A stretch of DNA of 64,000 nt from Haliotis asinina. Taxonomy: Eukaryota. A program made the position numbers and the translations under genes. This document shows positions 1-14,040 of this stretch, piece by piece. Each line of letters begins with the position of its first letter. Positions within the stretch are counted from its first letter, which is position 1. Where the stretch lies: the NCBI RefSeq assembly GCF_037392515.1, contig NC_090294.1, positions 14,283,038 to 14,347,037 of the forward strand, read 5' to 3'. The notes beneath the pieces are model-generated. The model saw nothing but the letters and a program-made list of their open reading frames with translations. It was not told where the DNA came from and ran no database searches.

Positions 1-1589
1 AAACAAGTGAATACGTATGGATTATTAATCAATGTTTGCGTGCATACTAAAATCTACACAAAACAGATACTTCGAAAGAATAATTTCTACCAATGAAGGT
101 CACTCTCAACAACCCAAGACACGACTAACGGGATCGGATGGTCAGACTTAATGATGTTTGGCTGTTGAGAAGATCGATAGTCTGTTTATTGTACACTGAT
201 TTTTGGCCCTGGGTTGTTTGGTCCCTACTGGATTACAGTTAACCTTCATGCAGCTGTGATATGGCTGTGTGGGGTGTTAAACAACAAAACGAACTGTCAA
301 GTAACGAAAAAAGTTTATATGTTAAACAGGTATGATTATTTGCATTTTACTCCAAAAACATTACTAATGGTAAGTGAGTAAGTGGAGTGAGTTCAAGAGA
401 GAGAGCTAGATGAAATTTGCCTTTACAGTCTGTTCTGATAATTGTATTAGATTCCTATGCTGACATGTCAATTATTATCCCCGGCAGAGCTCAAGAATCA
501 ACTCCTGTACACAAAGGACGTGTCCAAGCGATGTACAGATAATTAACTTCATGATTGTGGATTTAATGGAGTTATACCTTCCAATTCTCTAAAAGTACAT
601 TTCCGTCGAGAATGTTTCCTCGAGTGCAAGTAACCGGAATGTTTCACATACAGTTGCTGTTCGAAACGTACATTGCCTCCAAAAATACCAGGTAAAATGT
701 TGTTTTTAACTGTTGTGCAATACTGACCTAATTTTAACTTACGAAGGTTTTCTTCTGGAGATGACGTCACCATTATGACGTCGATCTGAGCATCTTGCAT
801 TGGCCACGGTTAGATATGACATAATGTCACAATCAAGAGCCCACAAAGTCAAATATAGACTTTTCTTATCGGAAAAGAATTAAAAGTGTCATCCTGAAAT
901 TAAACGTTCCAGACAAATAACACACAAACATTAGTTTCCCCACACGTCAATCTCAGCAGGCTCCTTGTGTGCACAATTTCATACAAAGTGTTCACTAATA
1001 TAAGAGTCAGTACGGTTTTACGGCGCTTTTAGCAATATTCTAGCAACATCTAGAAAGCGGGAAAGGGTTTCAACCTGTCATTGAACCTAACATTTATGCC
1101 TAATTTCATGAACAGACATTATTTGTCAGATGCAGTCTTTTGGGGGTCTTGGGAAGGACCAGATCGGTAAAAATGCAGTTGTGACATTTTATATCTGCTT
1201 ATCGCCTACCACGTTTTTAAGGAGAAGTAACAGGTAGTCTTGAACATTTCGGTATTAGAAAACTTTAATACACAGAATCAGTTTCCGTGTCATAACTATG
1301 GAATAATATGTTGTCTAATAATTCCCCAAACAACGGAATATAAAACGGTGATCTACGAAATCAAACTGTAATCGATGGATTTGAAAATCCGCAACTACGG
1401 GATGAAGGGATGAATTTGATTTACGTCCGCTCCGTTCGAGTGCAGAAATTCTGTGATGTATTCGTTTACATCAAAGTTTGAAAACAGATACTTACAAAAA
1501 TCATATCATAGTTCCAAAATTCATGTACGAAATGAACGGTTTATGAGACCGTAAACTGATTTCGGTACACTCTGAAAACTAGGCTTGCG

Positions 1590-1920
1590 CTGAAGTATTG
1601 TTCCACATATGGTAGGCCGCCATATAGCTGGAATATTACTGAGTGCGGCGTAAAACTAAGCTCACTCACTCACTCCACATATGGTGGTATTTACACCAGT
1701 GAATTTCCGGCGTAGAGGTGGTCTTCAGTGAGCCATGCTTGCCTCATGAGGCGACTAACGAGCCGGACCAGCTGTGTGGATCGATTATCATGCTGTTGAC
1801 CACTGGGTTCTGTTGTCCACACACTATTATTTCAGACCGCTGCCATGGAACTGGGGTATGGCTGAGTGCGGCGTTAAATAACCAACCAAAACACATCTAC
1901 GCCGACCTTGTTCCGTTCTA
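1590..1920. mobile_element. composite copy of the SINE-like family (box, (CACT)n, reverse-complemented core, second box)
   Basis: ggccgccatatagctggaatattactgagtgcggcgtaaaactaagct followed by (cact)n at about 1666-1680. Then …ccatgcttgcctcatgaggcgactaacgagccggaccagct…, the reverse complement of the family core. Then a second ggaactggggtatggctgagtgcggcgttaaataacc. Confidence 0.5.
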
Positions 1921-3629
1921 GCCTCCAACCTTTGCAAGTAGTTTGGGAGATCATAGCAAGATATATATTGTTACAGTGGGTTACCATGCTCAGTATGTTC
2001 ACAAGAAGGGGTTTGTTTTAAATTATGCTTGAATGGTTACTTGATTTCCAGTTTTAATGTCTTTCATGGAGTGCTAAGTTTGAAGTCATAGGAACGCTGC
2101 TGGCTGTGAAAGGTTTACCATAATGAATTTTCTCTGTAAAGCTAAGGGCAGCTGGAGCTCTCTGTAGTTCTTATGTTTGTTTTCAAATGCCATAATATGC
2201 AGCGATGAGCTTAATTATATCATCAATTTAACATCAAAGAATGCCCTCGAAACATTTTCAATAATGATCGAGATATTGAGGCGAATATGGAAATAGGCCT
2301 TTGTGCATTATCATCAAACAGATTAAAGTTGCTTTAAAAATTACCGAGTAATCAATGAACTTCACAAATGCACATGGTGTAATATGCACAGCACAATAAG
2401 GCCTAAAACCCCTAAATCCTCTCTAAAATAGGATTCTTGCAAGTAAAAGAGTTTCCAAGGAACTCCCGGTGATTTTACTCGAAGCATATGACTATACCTA
2501 AGTTTCATCTTGCATTTGTGCATATGTATTGCATACATGTGTTTGTACAGTATTGTCATTGTGAGACGAAGCTGTTAATACTGTTTTTGACATAAATACC
2601 ATTAATGGCGTACAGTACAGAACCTTTCGAGAGATCAAACACGTGATGTTTCAGCACATGTGCGGTATCTATAGACATCCACCTAGTGTTACCAAGCTAG
2701 TTTGAAATGTAACTGCATATTAAGAGTACAAAGTCGTCGCTCTTGAGGGTGGACAGGTTATACGATCAATGGCCAGAGGTCAGAGAATTGGGCATGGTCA
2801 TTTGAAATTGAATATCGACAACATTCATACTGAAAGTATCCCGTAGCTGCTCGCTGGTTCATGTTATTATTGCATTGTAGGTGGACGTACATGTGTGCTT
2901 GAGAAACGAACTGTATAACTTTCGTACAATGACATACAGATCTCCGTGTAAAACAACATTAACCAACGCACCTCGTTCCATATTACATGACCTAACTAAT
3001 TGCTGATATTGAATGTGGTGGTTCTGATCTTTTCTTTGCGAGTTAACATTCTTACAAAATTATATTCCCTCATTTTCCCAATCCTCAATCTCTGAGACTC
3101 TCTTCATAACATCTCATTTCATATTTTCTAATCAACAAAATCTTACCACATTGCAGAAAAGACAGATATATCCGACAAATACTTACTGGACCGTAACGTA
3201 ATTGAAGCATCCATATAACATATAGTACACTGGAACAAGTCAAGGCATGTAATTAACCTTTAACATACATATATCGATAATTGCAGATTTAATCATCTTT
3301 CTGAAGCCACTGAATCTTTCTTAGATCGCTAAAAACCATAAATAATATTCACCAAACTAATTCCGCGATTCCGTCAGTACGAAAGTGTATGTCCCCAGAA
3401 TGTGGTGATTACTGTGATATAAAGTTCAACATCTTCCACCCGGAAGCGAGTTTGGCGTTTAACGTAGTTGCATTATTCTTTAACGTGTCAAACTTCATGA
3501 AGACGAACACAGGAGACCCCATGACAAGGATTTGCAGGTGTATTCAATTAATTTGTTTTATTCAGCTCGCTGTTTCCTGGTCATATGGAGTTACGTCATG
3601 TAATAGTTTCTTGACAGCATCTATGGCAA

Positions 3630-4750
3630 GGAGTGACATTTTTCAACTCAAAGAGGCCCTTTAAATGTGAGAATGTTCATTCGAGTGACATAAATTAGAA
3701 CATAACAGGTTCCCATGCCGCTACTTCAGAGGTATGCACACACTCTGCCAACCATACAGTTAAGAAGATCGATGTCTTCACTCTTGCCACGGGCTTCCAC
3801 TCCATGTCCAATTCCCATCACCATGCATGCGTAAGTGCCATTACTTATTTAAAATGGAACATTGGTTGCAGAGGGGCGATTAAAAGTACAAATTCTAAAC
3901 TGATTGAGAAGGAATTCTGCTTTGCTGTTCTATGAGGAAAGTTTGTAATAAGACTAATAAGATTTATCAACCACCAGCGATTCAGTGTAAACCTAGTTGT
4001 CGAAACTGGAAGATTGAAATGACTCACCCAAAGATGCATTTGCACCACTTTATTCTCATAACCTTCAGAATGTTTTTCAAAACTAGCTAATACCAGTGAT
4101 GTTAGGCCACAGAATATGCTGTTTGTTATTCCACACTTTGGGCACGTCACAATCCTATAAAGGTTTTAATCCAAATGTTTCTCCCCATAATGACACCAAC
4201 AATAAACACTTCGTTTTTCTTTTCATATGTATCTTATATACCGGCAATGAGCTATATTTACTGTAAGCTAATATCTATTGTTCCTGTTAAAAAGAAAGCT
4301 GGAGGTAGGATGGTTGATGGCACTTGATGAACACGAATAATTTCAAATTGGAATGGTATGATTCCTGTAATAGTAATTACCAATTCTCCAAATTACACAG
4401 GGTAATATTCCAAGATATTAAAGGTACTAATTACAAAGTCTATACATTAATTGATATCAGATGGCCGAGTCACGTCTCTACTTGGAATCGACACGTGAGC
4501 TATTGTGATGGCTTAAAACGAATTTCCTTCTATTGATGGTTATTCTGGAAATATATGATTACCAAACCTAATTGCATGCTGCTGATATGTCAAGGCATTG
4601 TTGATGGTGGTAATAGCAAAGTCGTTACCTGGTTTGAAATTGATTCCAAACTGTCGAGCCTGACATACCTTCAAAGGCTGACCTCTGAATATAGTGATTT
4701 CAAAGCGTTTATATCAAATTATGAAGTCATAATGAATCATAAGTAGCTCG
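3630..4750 (+). repeat. ancient diverged segment, copy A (blocks R3 and R2)
   Basis: 3650-3910 (aggccctttaaatgtgagaatgttcattcgagtgacataaattagaacataaca…gcgattaaaagtacaaattctaaac) matches 9595-9860 at roughly 70% identity. 4540-4700 matches 10740-10900; ORFs 4555-4746 and 10657-10890 share …QGI-V/L-…FEIDSK/IETDSR…Y-L/P-QR. Confidence 0.5.
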
Positions 4751-5390
4751 TATGCAGCACGAGCATATAAAGAGCATTTGGCGAGTAAAATCGATACAGT
4801 GTTGTAAATTGTCGAGTCTGACATCCCATTTGCCTTTTAATTACCACTCACTTGGATTGCTGAAAACTAATTCTTGTACCAGGATCTTCACACTGTGCAC
4901 TGCACACTCACTGACACACTGAAAACGTGTCTATAGTTATGGAGGTACGAGGGGTGACTAAACACAACGATGGACTGCGTCGATGGAGGATTTTTTTACA
5001 TTCATAGCTTCCAAAAAAATGACAAACGATGCTGGGGGGATGGAATACCCCCTGGGAGACGTTTTATTTTGACTTATAAACCGACAGTGACGTCAGTCTG
5101 TTGTTCTCGGGGGACAATGTTTTCGTAATATCCCTCAAATCTGATACAATCACGCTTCCTGATGTAATTATTTAAATACTGTCAATCTGAACCGGGTCGT
5201 ATCATAATAACGTGCCTCTGGTCCGATCCGGAACTTTGAATTTTTACTTGTTCTGACTTTGTCTTGAAAACGCTGAATTTGATCGTAAATATGACATTAT
5301 TAACAATTTCCATCATGCAGTGCCGACACCTGGTTTCGAACCCGTTATCCTTTGCTCTCCGGCTTGGCGGTTGTCATCCCAGTTGATTTC

Positions 5391-5450
5391 ATATGTATAG
5401 TATATAGTATTTCATATATATAGTACACAGTATAGTATATAGTATATAGT
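5391..5450. repeat. (TATAG)-like short tandem repeat
   Basis: atatgtatagtatatagtatttcatatatatagtacacagtatagtatatagtatatag. Confidence 0.85.
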
Positions 5451-7354
5451 TTCGTTTGGTTTATAAGTTGGGTATAACATGACCCTCTGCCATTGTTGAA
5501 AGGTAAAGCTCCTTTCCTTGGTAAATGCCACTGGACCTTCGGCATTTAACACTGTAAGAGAGCTCAATTTTCAACAATGCTCGCGGGTCATGTTATAAAC
5601 TACACATAAACGGTCAGTCATTAACAGCAGGTAACATGTCATCAGTTCATATGCGTGACACATGCTTGATATTTATGCATTCAAGTTTAGGAGGATGTCG
5701 AAATCAAATGGTAAATACAGAGTTGAGTTTAAACCCACAGTAAGGACTTGCAATCATGGTTACATCAGATATCTGAAGGGATGCACTGCCCCTGAAAAAT
5801 TGTTCACCACGTTTAGTCTTGACATTCACACGTAGATGCCTAAGTATATCCGTTTAATACTGGGATTGATTGTCTAGCATTTCAGACGATAGCAATCTCA
5901 CAAATTGGCCTTCATTTTGCCTTCTCCTTCCACTGTTCTGTGTACAGATGCAGATTCTTAGCATGGGGCGTGTTCTACTTTACACATACAAACATTCAAG
6001 GGTGTGCCCTACATCCATTCGTAACCACTCCTAGAACATCCGTGTGAAACATTATAAACAGTGTTATTCTAAGAAGTCACAATTATACTTCCATTGAAAC
6101 ATCCAGACAATGCCGTAAGCTATGTTTATGAACTGTGGTAGACGGCAATTCAATGAAAGCAAATTATGCAGATACGGACTGCGTACTTTTAAATCAAACT
6201 GACGTCGTTTGCACTAAACTTTAATATATTTGTCAAGAAAGTGACGAGTGGAAATTGAAAACCTTAACGCTAGAAATGTCCAGTCTCGAACATCTCAATC
6301 CATGTGAGCGTAAGGCATATTTATAGGTGAAGAAAAGTAACTGAATGCATGGATCACTGAACATCAGTCTTCATGGAACCTGTAAACAAGCCCTGTTCCA
6401 CAGGTAAGATCCGTTCCTCCTTTGCTTATACATATTGGCACATAGTAAGACATGCCCTGTAAGTAAGTAAGATAAGGTTCCTGACTTGTATTCTGCTATT
6501 TACAGATATAAACAGGCGGTAAACCTCTCACGACATCACAGGCATTTTTTAAAGAAAACTACATCCAAGTACTGCCATGCATATGGTCCTCAAGAAGGAA
6601 GTAGTGCAAGAAGAGTGTGTGAACATTCCCGGCCCATTCGTCGTTCCATGGTCGAGGATGCATCATGTCAGGGCTCTCATAAAAGTCATACAAGATAATG
6701 AGAACAGACGGCATACACAGTGACATGCGTGCCATGATGAACCTCTGTCAGTGGCAATGATTGGTGGAATTGAACAATTTATAATGATCTGTTGATTACT
6801 TGTATAAATCGCAACATAATACATCTATTGCGCTTCTTTGTTTAGTACAGTACATCTCCTAAAATATTTGACATGGGTCTTTGTGTCCGTTCTAGTGAGC
6901 GTTGCTATAAACAGTAACTGAGAGAATGAGTATGTTTCCTAGCAAACTGGAACAACCTTAACCTGTGAATGTGAGTGACTGGCTTTTTGGCTAAGATTAA
7001 ATATTTATTCTAGAGTTCAATATCGCAGTTCGTCTGACGTCCATTTCATCAATGCATTTGTTGAACATCGCGTGTTTTAGTCGTACCGCATAAAATATAC
7101 CACGTCATGTTCGGTGGTACGCTAAGATTTCCTAAGTGCGTGGTAACAAGAATAATTCCAAAGGGGTCACATTCAAGTCACTTAATTCGTCGGCCGCTAT
7201 TTGCAGATGAGTATGTGTTAGACTCATTACCGAGCTAGATGGGGAGACTAATACTCAAAGAATAATTACAGAGGTAGTTAGACATATAGCTCTTAAGGAA
7301 ACCTTATGGCAGAATCTATTAGAACCATTACTCAGTCAAGAGGGTCGACAGCTG

Positions 7355-7490
7355 AAACTACGGTGTCTCATTTAAAGCACTTATTGCTGTCAACACTGTA
7401 CCTCGCCGGAAACAGTGATGAAGAGGGTTTTTTACTGACTGACACAGCGTCCCATGAGGGCTACAATGACAATGAAGTCACGTGTAAAGG
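7355..7490 (+). repeat. dispersed ~130-bp repeat R7, copy 1
   Basis: acggtgtctcatttaaagcacttattgctgtcaacactgtacctcgccggaaacagtgatgaagagggtttt…cccatgagggctacaatga…agtcacgtg. Confidence 0.55.
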
Positions 7491-8861
7491 AAGTGAGTCG
7501 CACATACACAACTGAAGACTGAAGACAAAAGACTGAAGGAATATTGAATCAGTTACTTCACTGCAGGTTCTGACATATCGTTTCAAGTGCCCATTGAGCA
7601 CATAAAGTTTTCTGTTTACACTAAGAATAAATGACCTCACCATGTTTATGTATATAGACGGCTATGAAAACTTAGGGTGTTCCCATACTTTTTGTTTGTA
7701 TTATATAATACTTGTTACATGGTGTTGAACAACACGCATTATATCTTCATAAGACATGCAGCATTTAATTTCATATCTCAGTGGTCATTTCTCTACAAAA
7801 TGACGATATATCAAATAGACCCACCAGTGTCATTTGTGAAATGAGTTTGTAGTCTGTATCAGGTCAGACACATAAGCCGAAACAGAAGACGGGATTAACA
7901 TCCATATTGGTTGACCAGTTCTGACTTAACACACTTCATAAAATGACCATTTTCAAATGGAAATCTGTGTCGGGTAATACTAGTTTACTTTGAAGACGAT
8001 GCTAAACAGGGGGTGCGTTGTGTTGCAGCATCAAAGATACAAACACAATGTATTTACTCATTGGAAAACCGAACCTAAGGAATACCCAATACAACATGTT
8101 GTTACAAATAAGCAAAGTAACGTTTACCTAGAATCAAACTGAGACTTTCATGTGACGGATGTGTTACAGCAAGCTGCCTCATTTTCCCAGTTCTTTCTGT
8201 TGCTATTGCATTAGTTATAGGCCTCGGAATCAGGAACACCAAACGTGAAAAGGGAAGATAATTGTATTTCTCCGCAAGATACGTGGTGTATGTAATCAGA
8301 TTAGCGAAGAAACAATAATGCATGCGTTAGGACATCCTAAATGAGAGAAATAGATATTAGATACAGAAAAGTATATACTTTCTTCTTTCCTACAGTTTTA
8401 GTTGCTGATATTCCCAGGTTCAAAGTCAGCCACGCGTGTTTGAATACGTGCTAATTGAAATATATGCCCATTCATGTTTTTTTTCAGAAGTCACTCCAGT
8501 TCACTTTGGTACCAAAATGAACGTCCAATGAAGACGTCCCCTGGTGCTGTTGGACATGTTGGTCTGAGATAGCGGGCGCCATTACCTCCACAAGGAGACG
8601 AACATGGCGTTTTTCGCTTTGATGCCTTACAACCGCTGGCATACTTGACAAGGCAAACAGTGTGACGTTGCAAGCTGCAACGAACATGTCAAATGAAGGC
8701 TATGATGTGCCTTTGGCACTACATGCTGTCAGGATGGTTTGTTTAACAATGGTAGAATGTGACGCAACTAGACGCAGTCACCCTTATGTAATCAGAAACC
8801 AAATTACATGTCAATCTTGTCTATAGTTGTCATTTGGACTTTATGCTTAGATTCGTATTCC

Positions 8862-8863
<2 letters not shown>

Positions 8864-8922
<59 letters not shown>
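8864..8922. repeat. compound microsatellite (GT)n(GA)n
   Basis: (gt)~15 runs directly into (ga)~14. Confidence 0.95.
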
Positions 8923-9569
8923 CAATACCTCGTTTTTGAAATAGAACCAACTGCTGATACCAGGTATCGCAACTGTATCTCCCAATCTCAAAGAGAAAAA
9001 GTAAACACATTTAAATGTTTTAATGTTAATAAAAGGAGCATTTCAAGCTTCTATTTTAAGATGAATTTGTGACGAAGAATATCTCAAATATACTGGAATA
9101 TATAGCCTTCAATATTCATTCATTCAAAGAATAATTCATGATCAGTAAGTTTAGTTTATTAATATGTATGTATATAGTCTACTGAATATACAAATATACT
9201 GGATGCTACTGATCGAACTGCTCGACATAGTCATCAGGTCCTTCATGAAAACTATCAAAGATTCGCATGTGTTTCACCACAGAAGATGGTATTAATTAAG
9301 TATAGGCTGGCCATGAAAACATTAAACAAGAGAGTACTGGTGTGATATTCTCGACACTACTAATCCATATGGACCAAAGATCGTGGTAGCATCTTGTTCG
9401 TTCCTTAGTCAGTTCCACAGCTGTAGGATACCGGCACTTGTTTGGTCTCAATAAATGTTGTTATCTTCAATTCAATGTTTATAAGCATTTTTTTCCGCGA
9501 CAACTCAAAATAAGTTGCAATATATCACAAAAATACAGACTATCGCAATGTCATTAATTGAACCTTATC

Positions 9570-10900
9570 CCAGCGACTGATGCTTTTCCACCTAAAGAGG
9601 TCCTTCATATGTGAAAATGTCCTTTAGAGTGACGTACATGAGAACATAATCGATTCAGATGCCACTGCTGCAGCGGGATGCACACACTCTACTCTACTCT
9701 ACACTATTCAGTTAAGACTTTCAGTGTTTCTACTTTCCCTTTGGGCTTCCCCTCAACGTCCATTTCTCATCGCCATGCCTGTGCAACTACCATTACGCTA
9801 TCAAAACAGGTTTACTGACAGGAAAGTGACTGCAAAGGGGAGATTAAAAGTGCAAATTCAAGTACAAAGTTTCTGAAGTTATTTTTCTTTAACGCCATCG
9901 ATATTCAAGCTGTACGAGAGTGCAGACAAGAGAATACAACCATGAGCATCAATCTGCGCAGTTGGGATGGGATGACGAACGAACCTGACCACCTGGTCCT
10001 GTTAGTCGCATCTTCAGACAAGCATGGGTTGCCGAAGGCCAAACCTTTTTCATAAAGTTAAAAAAGGCGTCCTGCAGGGATGTTTGCTTCTAAATTGCAT
10101 CAGTCTGTTTAGCATTAACCATTTATAGACGATGTGTCAAAAATCAACAATTTAGGGGAAAAAAACGATAACATTACTCACAACTAGTCAGAGGAAATGG
10201 TTCAGTCAAGGAGGATTTGATTGATTTTTTGGAAGGCAGGGAGACATGCTTTTCAAACTTAATAACATCAGCAAAGGCGACGGAATTGCGCTCTTGAGCA
10301 TCTCAGAATTCTATAACAGTTAGTTCAAATTCAAATTCACATTGATTAAGATCTTTGGGGCGTTTGCACTGTCAGATTTTCAGGCTAAAACACTTTAGGT
10401 TTCAGAAATACTTCGTACTCTTTGGAAACCTCACAGCCACGTGTTGCGTTTTTACCTGAAACTGGTGGGCGGGCGAGAGACGATATGTGATTCCTCAAAT
10501 AAGCTGGTACATCTTCGAAATATATTGCTGTTGCATTTAATCACTCTTGACAATTTTTTATTCAAGTCATAAAATAACTGTTCAGTGCAGTTTTGCAATA
10601 GATGGTCGTGTGAAACACCCACAGGTACTACGTCAAAGCACTGTTAAAGTCCTTGGTTGAAAATGATTCTGATGGTTGAATCACATCTCCACTTACTACC
10701 TAAACGGTTTCAGACACATTTCTTATACTCGTGGCCTTTTTGGAAATGTATGATCACCCCAGATAATTATACACTGATAATATTTCAAGGGATCTTAGAA
10801 GACTGTAATTGCAAATTCTATACCTTGATTGAAACTGATTCCAGACAGCTGAACCTCGTATACCCTCAAAGGACTAAATTCTGGACATAAGTGAATACTC
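9570..10900 (+). repeat. ancient diverged segment, copy B (blocks R3 and R2)
   Basis: Counterpart of 3630-4750, same order and orientation. The shared short block cacaatcctataa (4153 and 11000) sits at a discordant position. Confidence 0.5.
9941..10046 (+). repeat. fragment of the SINE-like family core
   Basis: catgagcatcaatctgcgcagttggga…gaacctgaccacctggtcctgttagtcgcatcttcagacaagcatgggttgccgaaggcc is similar to the cores at 15990-16110, 56893-57010 and 58690-58850. Confidence 0.45.
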
Positions 10901-11579
10901 GGCATTTACTATTTCTCATAAACCGTTTTGGTCATCTGGTTTTATTGCGATTTTATCACAAATGAATGAGCCGTAAGTAGCCCATGTGTGTATCACAATC
11001 CTATAACGTTTGGTTGGGGGAGTAACAATCATGTCGCATGTTATGGATGCATTCTCTTGAAATCGTTCCTATCCAACTGTGATCCTTGTATAAAGACAGT
11101 TTTTAGAACACATTTTTGGGTGGTAACGTTTCGATCTTTCCGCACTGTAACTTTCAAGCACATGCAGGTGAATTGTCATAATTCTTACTGCTTTGAAGAC
11201 GACATTGTTTAGAAATATCGTTTTTGCCAATAGATATTGCCAGTTTCGTGTTTAATAAATATTTCTACATGTCATGATGTTCGTAATGCTCACACTGAGA
11301 TATTCTGGCACAAAACTGAAAACATTATCCTTTGGAACAGAGATTTAAACCGACGGTCATTTAGCGCTTTCTGGTGCCTATCCGATTCCCATGACGGGAC
11401 CGACCATGACCCCCTCAGCATCAGAGATAATGCAGATATAATCTAGTCTCGGATAATACCTTGAAATATAATCAAAGATGACAATTAGACAAAAATTCTT
11501 TTAAATGCTCAACATTGATAAATCTCGGGTATGCACTTAAAACGTGTTGCTTTGACGAAACACAGACTCTGATTTTGTC

Positions 11580-11900
11580 ATTCGGTCAAAGAGGATTTGG
11601 TCAAAGTACATCTCTGACAGAAATTTACTCGCGAAATTCGTGTCCCCCACACGGGTACACCACATGAAGTCCATTTCTGGTTTCGCCGTCGTGATGTCGC
11701 TGGAACATTGCTAAAAGCGGTGTAAGACTACACTCACTCACTTTTAAGTGCGAAGTAACCTCAAAATTGAAAAATTGTCACTCAGTTCGGAAGTGTTCGT
11801 AGATAAGTGTGCGAACCCCATTTCTGGTGTCCTCTGCCGTGATTTTGCTGGAATATTGCAAAAAGCGGCGGAAAACTAAACTCAGTAGTAGATAAGTACA
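11580..11900 (+). mobile_element. two tandem partial copies of the 3' part of the SINE-like family
   Basis: …tcccccacacgggtacaccacatgaagtccatttctggtttcgccgtcgtgatgtcgctggaacattgctaaaagcggtgtaagactaca(ctca)n. It is repeated at 11818-11895 as ccatttctggtgtcctctgccgtgattttgctggaatattgcaaaaagcggcggaaaactaaactca. It matches the head-end, box and tail of the 57233-57415 copy. Confidence 0.5.
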
Positions 11901-12039
11901 TATTGGACACGTATTCCAGCTAACCCGAGCGACGGATCCTGGAGAGATATAATTACACAGAAGCCTATAGTGCTTAGGCCAGTGCTTCTTAAGGAAACTC
12001 CTTCTAGTAGATCCATCACTCAATCGAGTTGAAGACAGG

Positions 12040-12180
12040 TGAAAGTACGGTGTCTAATCTGGAACGCTTACTGCTGTCAACAGTACACCGCAACAGAAAC
12101 CAAACAATGATTAAGAGTGTTGCTTATTGGCTGCCCCGGCATCCCAGGATGAAGACGAATGCAGAGAAATCACGTAGACC
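12040..12180 (+). repeat. R7, copy 2
   Basis: acggtgtctaatctggaacgcttactgctgtcaacagtacaccgcaacagaaaccaaacaatgattaagagtgttgcttattgg…. Confidence 0.5.
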
Positions 12181-12502
12181 GGAAGGAAATTGAGGAATAA
12201 CAGTATGACTTGAAATGTTATGACCTCATATATAAGGTGAAAGGGTTAGTGTATTAAACGTATACGACTTTGATGTAATCCACGAGAACTGATATGGTTT
12301 TCCTAATGACAATGAATGTGAATCTCGGCTTTGAACACTCTGTAACTGTAAATGATTGTAACACTTATATCACGAATACACGGACTTCTTGAGATGAAGA
12401 GAGGTGAAGTGGCGTTTCATAGATTATCCGCCCATTTGACGACGTGCATGCAGGTGTATGTGTGGCTGTTTTACTAGCCCAGACGTAGGCTGGTTTTATA
12501 TA

Positions 12503-12582
12503 TTGCTAGCTCACCGAGATGTCATGCCGAACTTAAGCATGAATATCCCGAGATGTCATGCCGAACTTAAGCATGAATATCC
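12503..12582. repeat. direct tandem duplication of a ~40-bp unit
   Basis: cgagatgtcatgccgaacttaagcatgaatatccc occurs twice back to back. Confidence 0.85.
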
Positions 12583-14040
12583 CATTCAGACACAATATAC
12601 TGACTACCGAGCTGTCCTTGTGCCCCTTAAGGACGAGCGCCTGACAGGCGACAAGAAGTAGCCCAATTTAACGCCTTTTGGTTGATCGAACCTGTGACCT
12701 TCCCTCGTGCGGACGTCACTACGCCATTGCGGTCCCCGTACTTCTTAAAGGTACAGTTCTGCGGTAAGAGTGCATTTTCAGACTCTCGGGTGCATGTGGA
12801 CATTAGCCATTTGTCGAATGCAGTGTGAAGTATTATCGTTATCTCACAATACCGACGATATGATGATTACAAGGTTACCATTCATAACTGTCCTCTTAAT
12901 TTGAAGAAGACACATTTTCATTACATTTCGTGATGAGAATTTCCATCGGACAAATCTGTACTTGAACCTCTTCATCCAGCAGAATTCCGGGAGATTTAAA
13001 ATGTCAATTAAATAGACAGAAGGAAATGGTGCGTGTACATGATTGGATGTTTTGGACGGGTCATTACATCTTCAGGCTGTCTTAGATGCTGCTGTTTGCA
13101 AGCATGTTGATGAACGTTTTCATGGAACGAGTATTAACTTGTTTACCACAAAATGTAAACATATTTTATTTTAAAGGTTGAATTTCCATTAAGCCTTTCG
13201 CTCCTCCATAATCACGTAATAATCAGTGTGCAGATGAAGGAGCCATTGACACAAATGAAGCTATCAATCATTTCACAATGAAAAAGTCAAGGATTTGACT
13301 GCATCCTTATAAAATGTCGGTTTCTCATTAGGGGTGTAAATGTCAAGTTGGCAATGCGTATTCCTTTCCAGCATTTTTTGTATCACTGCTACTAAAAAGA
13401 CGTTTCGTGTGATGTAATTTACTACAGCGGTGTCAGCTCATGAACTTACAAGTTACTCTTATTGGGCATACCTTACGATTTGATTTTCCTCTGACAGATA
13501 AATAGATGCGCCGTTTATTCGTGAGGCCAGAGTCACTTCCCTGGAAACTGTTATCCTGAAGGAATCTAGAGCATATTCAGAACTTTAAAAACATATTTAA
13601 GAACGTCTTCGTGAAAAGATGTTATTAACCCGTCATTTAGGAATTTGCCAGTCAAGCAACATGTCGACTGGACATCCAATTCATTTCAAAGCTGATCACT
13701 CAATCACTCCTTCAGATATTTCCAGAGATATGAATACTTGAAACCCATTTTTTAAACTGTTTTACTGCTTGAAACCAACTTTTGTGCTCTCAACATAATA
13801 GCTACGGGAAGTTTTACTTTCTTACTTTCTTTAAATGATTATCAGTCATTTATTATTATTTTTTCTCATAGATCATTTACATATCAATGCAACTAGTGCT
13901 TGCTCCAGACGCTAGCATTTGTTTCCCTCGATGATTGGATGTCAATCGCAACGTCACATCGTATTATCAATCTCAACTCCGTAGGGATTGTACAACTGTT
14001 GTTGCCACTAGAAGCACCGAGATTAGTGTTGCTCTCTCAT

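Noticed and set aside
5330-5375. B-box-like GGTTTCGAACCCG suggesting another tRNA or SINE
   Set aside because: There is no A-box or cloverleaf context upstream and no similarity to the other SINE copies. It is probably a chance match.
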